Below are positions 44,281 to 46,052 of a stretch of 46,052 nucleotides of DNA, piece by piece. Location: IMG/VR virus record IMGVR_UViG_3300044711_000030, positions 1 through 46,052 of that record; one strand, written 5' to 3'. Position 1 is the first letter of the stretch. Every line of letters begins with the position of its first letter. A program made the translations under genes and the position numbers. The notes beneath the pieces are model-generated. The model saw only the letters and a program-made list of their open reading frames with translations. It did not search any database and had not been told where the DNA came from. The DNA is from a virus. Its lineage: Duplodnaviria > Caudoviricetes.

Positions 44281-45296
44281 GGCGTCGTACCGTCTGTGGG
44301 ACGCACCACCGTTCGAACCATATCGTCATGCAAGCCGCTGCTGATGACGGTGTAGTGCTTGCTTTCTAGAACGATGTTGGCGCCAGGCGCATCAAGGCGC
44401 GAGAAGGGATAGTCCCGCGCCCAAAGCAGATGATTTTCCTCATCGGTGGCTACCTCGTAGATGCGTCGTGTTGCGGATCGTGGCTTCCCGTCCGGCCCGA
44501 ATAGCGCGTCCATCTTCTCGCGGTGCAGGCGCAGACAGTCGTCTTTGGCGTCGGCTAGATCGCGCGCAATCTGACGGGCGATCTCGGCCGGCACTGCTTC
44601 GTAAGGCTCCATAGCAAGATTCCCAAGCGGGAAAGGTTGATCGTTGACAACCATGCACACGTAGGGCTCCACGCTTGGAGCTCTCAACCGTGTAGAGGAT
44701 GGAATTGTTCCGGCTCCTGTTCCGCCGCACGTTGAGCACTCCACGTCGATCTCGTAGTCGTCAGGCCCGTGTCCGCTGGTCATCCCCTTCATTGTTCCAG
44801 AGCCCTTGCAGGCCGGGCACCAGCCGTCGCTGCGTTGTTCGTGGGAGGGAATTGCGAGCGCTCGCTCGGCTTCAGCCCAGGCCCCTTCCTTCGTGAGCCT
44901 GTAAACCGCCGCCTCCTGCTCGGTCGCGGTGCCGGCCTCGATGGCGCGCTTGATCTTCTTAAGGCCGACCAGCAATTCGAGCGCCGTGCGGCAGTCCGGA
45001 GGCTCGCGCTCTGGGTTCAAGCATTTCTCAGCGTCGGCGCATTCTTCGACGGTATCGCAGGCGTCGCACGGACCGGATTTGCCGGCTTCGATGGCAGATG
45101 AAGCCCCGGCTTTAATCGCGGCGGCCTGGGCGTCGATCAGGCGCAGGTTCATCAGCACCAGCTCATCAGCCAGCGCCTTCAGGTTCTGCGGCGTACAGGA
45201 CGAGGCCGGCACTCCACCCGGGTTGTACTTCTCGAATGTTACGATGATCTTCGCGAGCCGCAGCGCGTCGCTTTGTTTATCGTCAAGCTGCGTCAT
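44277..45296 (-). CDS. Mosaic multi-module protein with DnaJ-type zinc finger
   Basis: CPACKGSG...CSTCGGTG; CDAC-x5-C-x5-C; several short modules joined by (I/V)PS(S/H) linkers. Confidence 0.7.
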   Translation of the reverse strand: MTQLDDKQSDALRLAKIIVTFEKYNPGGVPASSCTPQNLKALADELVLMNLRLIDAQAAAIKAGASSAIEAGKSGPCDACDTVEECADAEKCLNPEREPPDCRTALELLVGLKKIKRAIEAGTATEQEAAVYRLTKEGAWAEAERALAIPSHEQRSDGWCPACKGSGTMKGMTSGHGPDDYEIDVECSTCGGTGAGTIPSSTRLRAPSVEPYVCMVVNDQPFPLGNLAMEPYEAVPAEIARQIARDLADAKDDCLRLHREKMDALFGPDGKPRSATRRIYEVATDEENHLLWARDYPFSRLDAPGANIVLESKHYTVISSGLHDDMVRTVVRPTDGTTP

Positions 45297-45694
45297 TTCG
45301 GGGCCTCCGGTGGCGACATCCAATGCGTGACGCGCTTGCTATCACGCATTCGTGAACCATCGCCCCACATCCATCCCCTGTCGAATCCGATAATGGCGGC
45401 TCTTCCCTCGTCCTCCCACCAAGTGATGTAGTCGCCACGAGTCTCGGGTAACCTCTCGCTGCACGGAATCCAGCGCGGTTTCCTCTCCGAGGGGACGGCG
45501 ACCTTTTTGCCGGCGTCGGCAAAATGGTTCTCTGCGGATCGCAATAGCTTGGCTGCTTGCCTTATCGTGGCCTCTTCGTTCCAGCCGAACGGGCGGTCTC
45601 TTAAACGCTCGTCTAGCAGCATAGATTCCAGGCGGCGCGCAAATTCAGCGCATTCTGCTTCGCCACATGGGGTAGGGGATTGCGATTGCGTCAT
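45293..45694 (-). CDS. DUF551-domain protein
   Basis: WIPCSERLPE...VTHWMSPPEAP. Confidence 0.85.
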   Translation of the reverse strand: MTQSQSPTPCGEAECAEFARRLESMLLDERLRDRPFGWNEEATIRQAAKLLRSAENHFADAGKKVAVPSERKPRWIPCSERLPETRGDYITWWEDEGRAAIIGFDRGWMWGDGSRMRDSKRVTHWMSPPEAPK

Positions 45695-46052
45695 AGCAGG
45701 TGCCTCCAAGTTACGTTCCGAACGACCTGCCTCATGGTCGTTTCCTCCACTCCGTATTCACGGGCGAAGTCTGAAATCTCTCCTCGCTTCCCGGTAAAAC
45801 GGCGCCTGATTTCTTTTACCTGCCCCTCATTCAGCTTGGCGTGCCAGTTCGACTCGCCGTACTTGTTGCGCATCTTCTTGGCGCAGTCCTGCATGTTCTC
45901 GAGATGGGAGGCGAGGAACAGGTGCTCCGGGTTCACGCAGGCAGGAACGTCGCAACGGTGAGCGACCTCCATGCCGGCCGGAATCGGGCCGTGGCGATGC
46001 TCGTAGCTCCAGCGGTGCGCGTTGTAGTCCCTGTCATTCGGCCTGAAGTGCC
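45691..46052 (-). CDS. HNH endonuclease, C-terminal part (joined gene about 178 aa)
   Basis: AHRWSYEHRHGPIPAGMEVAHRCDVPACVNPEHLFLASHLENMQD is an HNH_3-like motif, followed by an AKLNEGQVKEIR helix-turn-helix-like tail. Confidence 0.9.
   Translation of the reverse strand, partial: HFRPNDRDYNAHRWSYEHRHGPIPAGMEVAHRCDVPACVNPEHLFLASHLENMQDCAKKMRNKYGESNWHAKLNEGQVKEIRRRFTGKRGEISDFAREYGVEETTMRQVVRNVTWRHLL
46021..46052. repeat. Terminal direct repeat, right copy
   Basis: gttgtagtccctgtCattcggcctgaagtgcc; one mismatch to 1-32. Confidence 0.95.

Overview
Apparently complete, circular temperate tailed-phage genome (about 46,020 bp plus a 32-bp terminal overlap carrying one mismatch; an HNH gene reads across the junction). 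It is GC-rich and the host is probably a proteobacterium (inference). The layout is lambdoid. The leftward early arm (about 38.0-46.0 kb continuing through 1-5.6 kb) holds a tyrosine integrase, Gp37/Gp68, ASCH-like, DUF551 and PD-(D/E)XK genes and many small ORFs. A cI/cro switch has five 16-bp operators. The replication module has VRR-NUC, an AAA_25-type helicase and an iteron/hairpin origin. The podovirus-type late operon runs terS, terL, portal, fibre/decoration block, scaffold, major capsid, adaptor, nozzle, ejection proteins, tail fibre and membrane/lysis-like genes. Most notable: (1) seven enzyme genes (three glycosyltransferase-like, two methyltransferase, one Asp/Asn beta-hydroxylase-like, one cupin) embedded among the virion genes; (2) host-chromosome-type cis sites, namely a dif-like site with a perfect XerD arm next to a perfect DnaA box, and a parS-like site in attP; (3) in-frame, covarying bulged-hairpin elements inside early genes; (4) hidden antisense membrane peptides; (5) no recognisable endolysin or primase. 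All protein calls come from motif recognition and gene order, not database searches.
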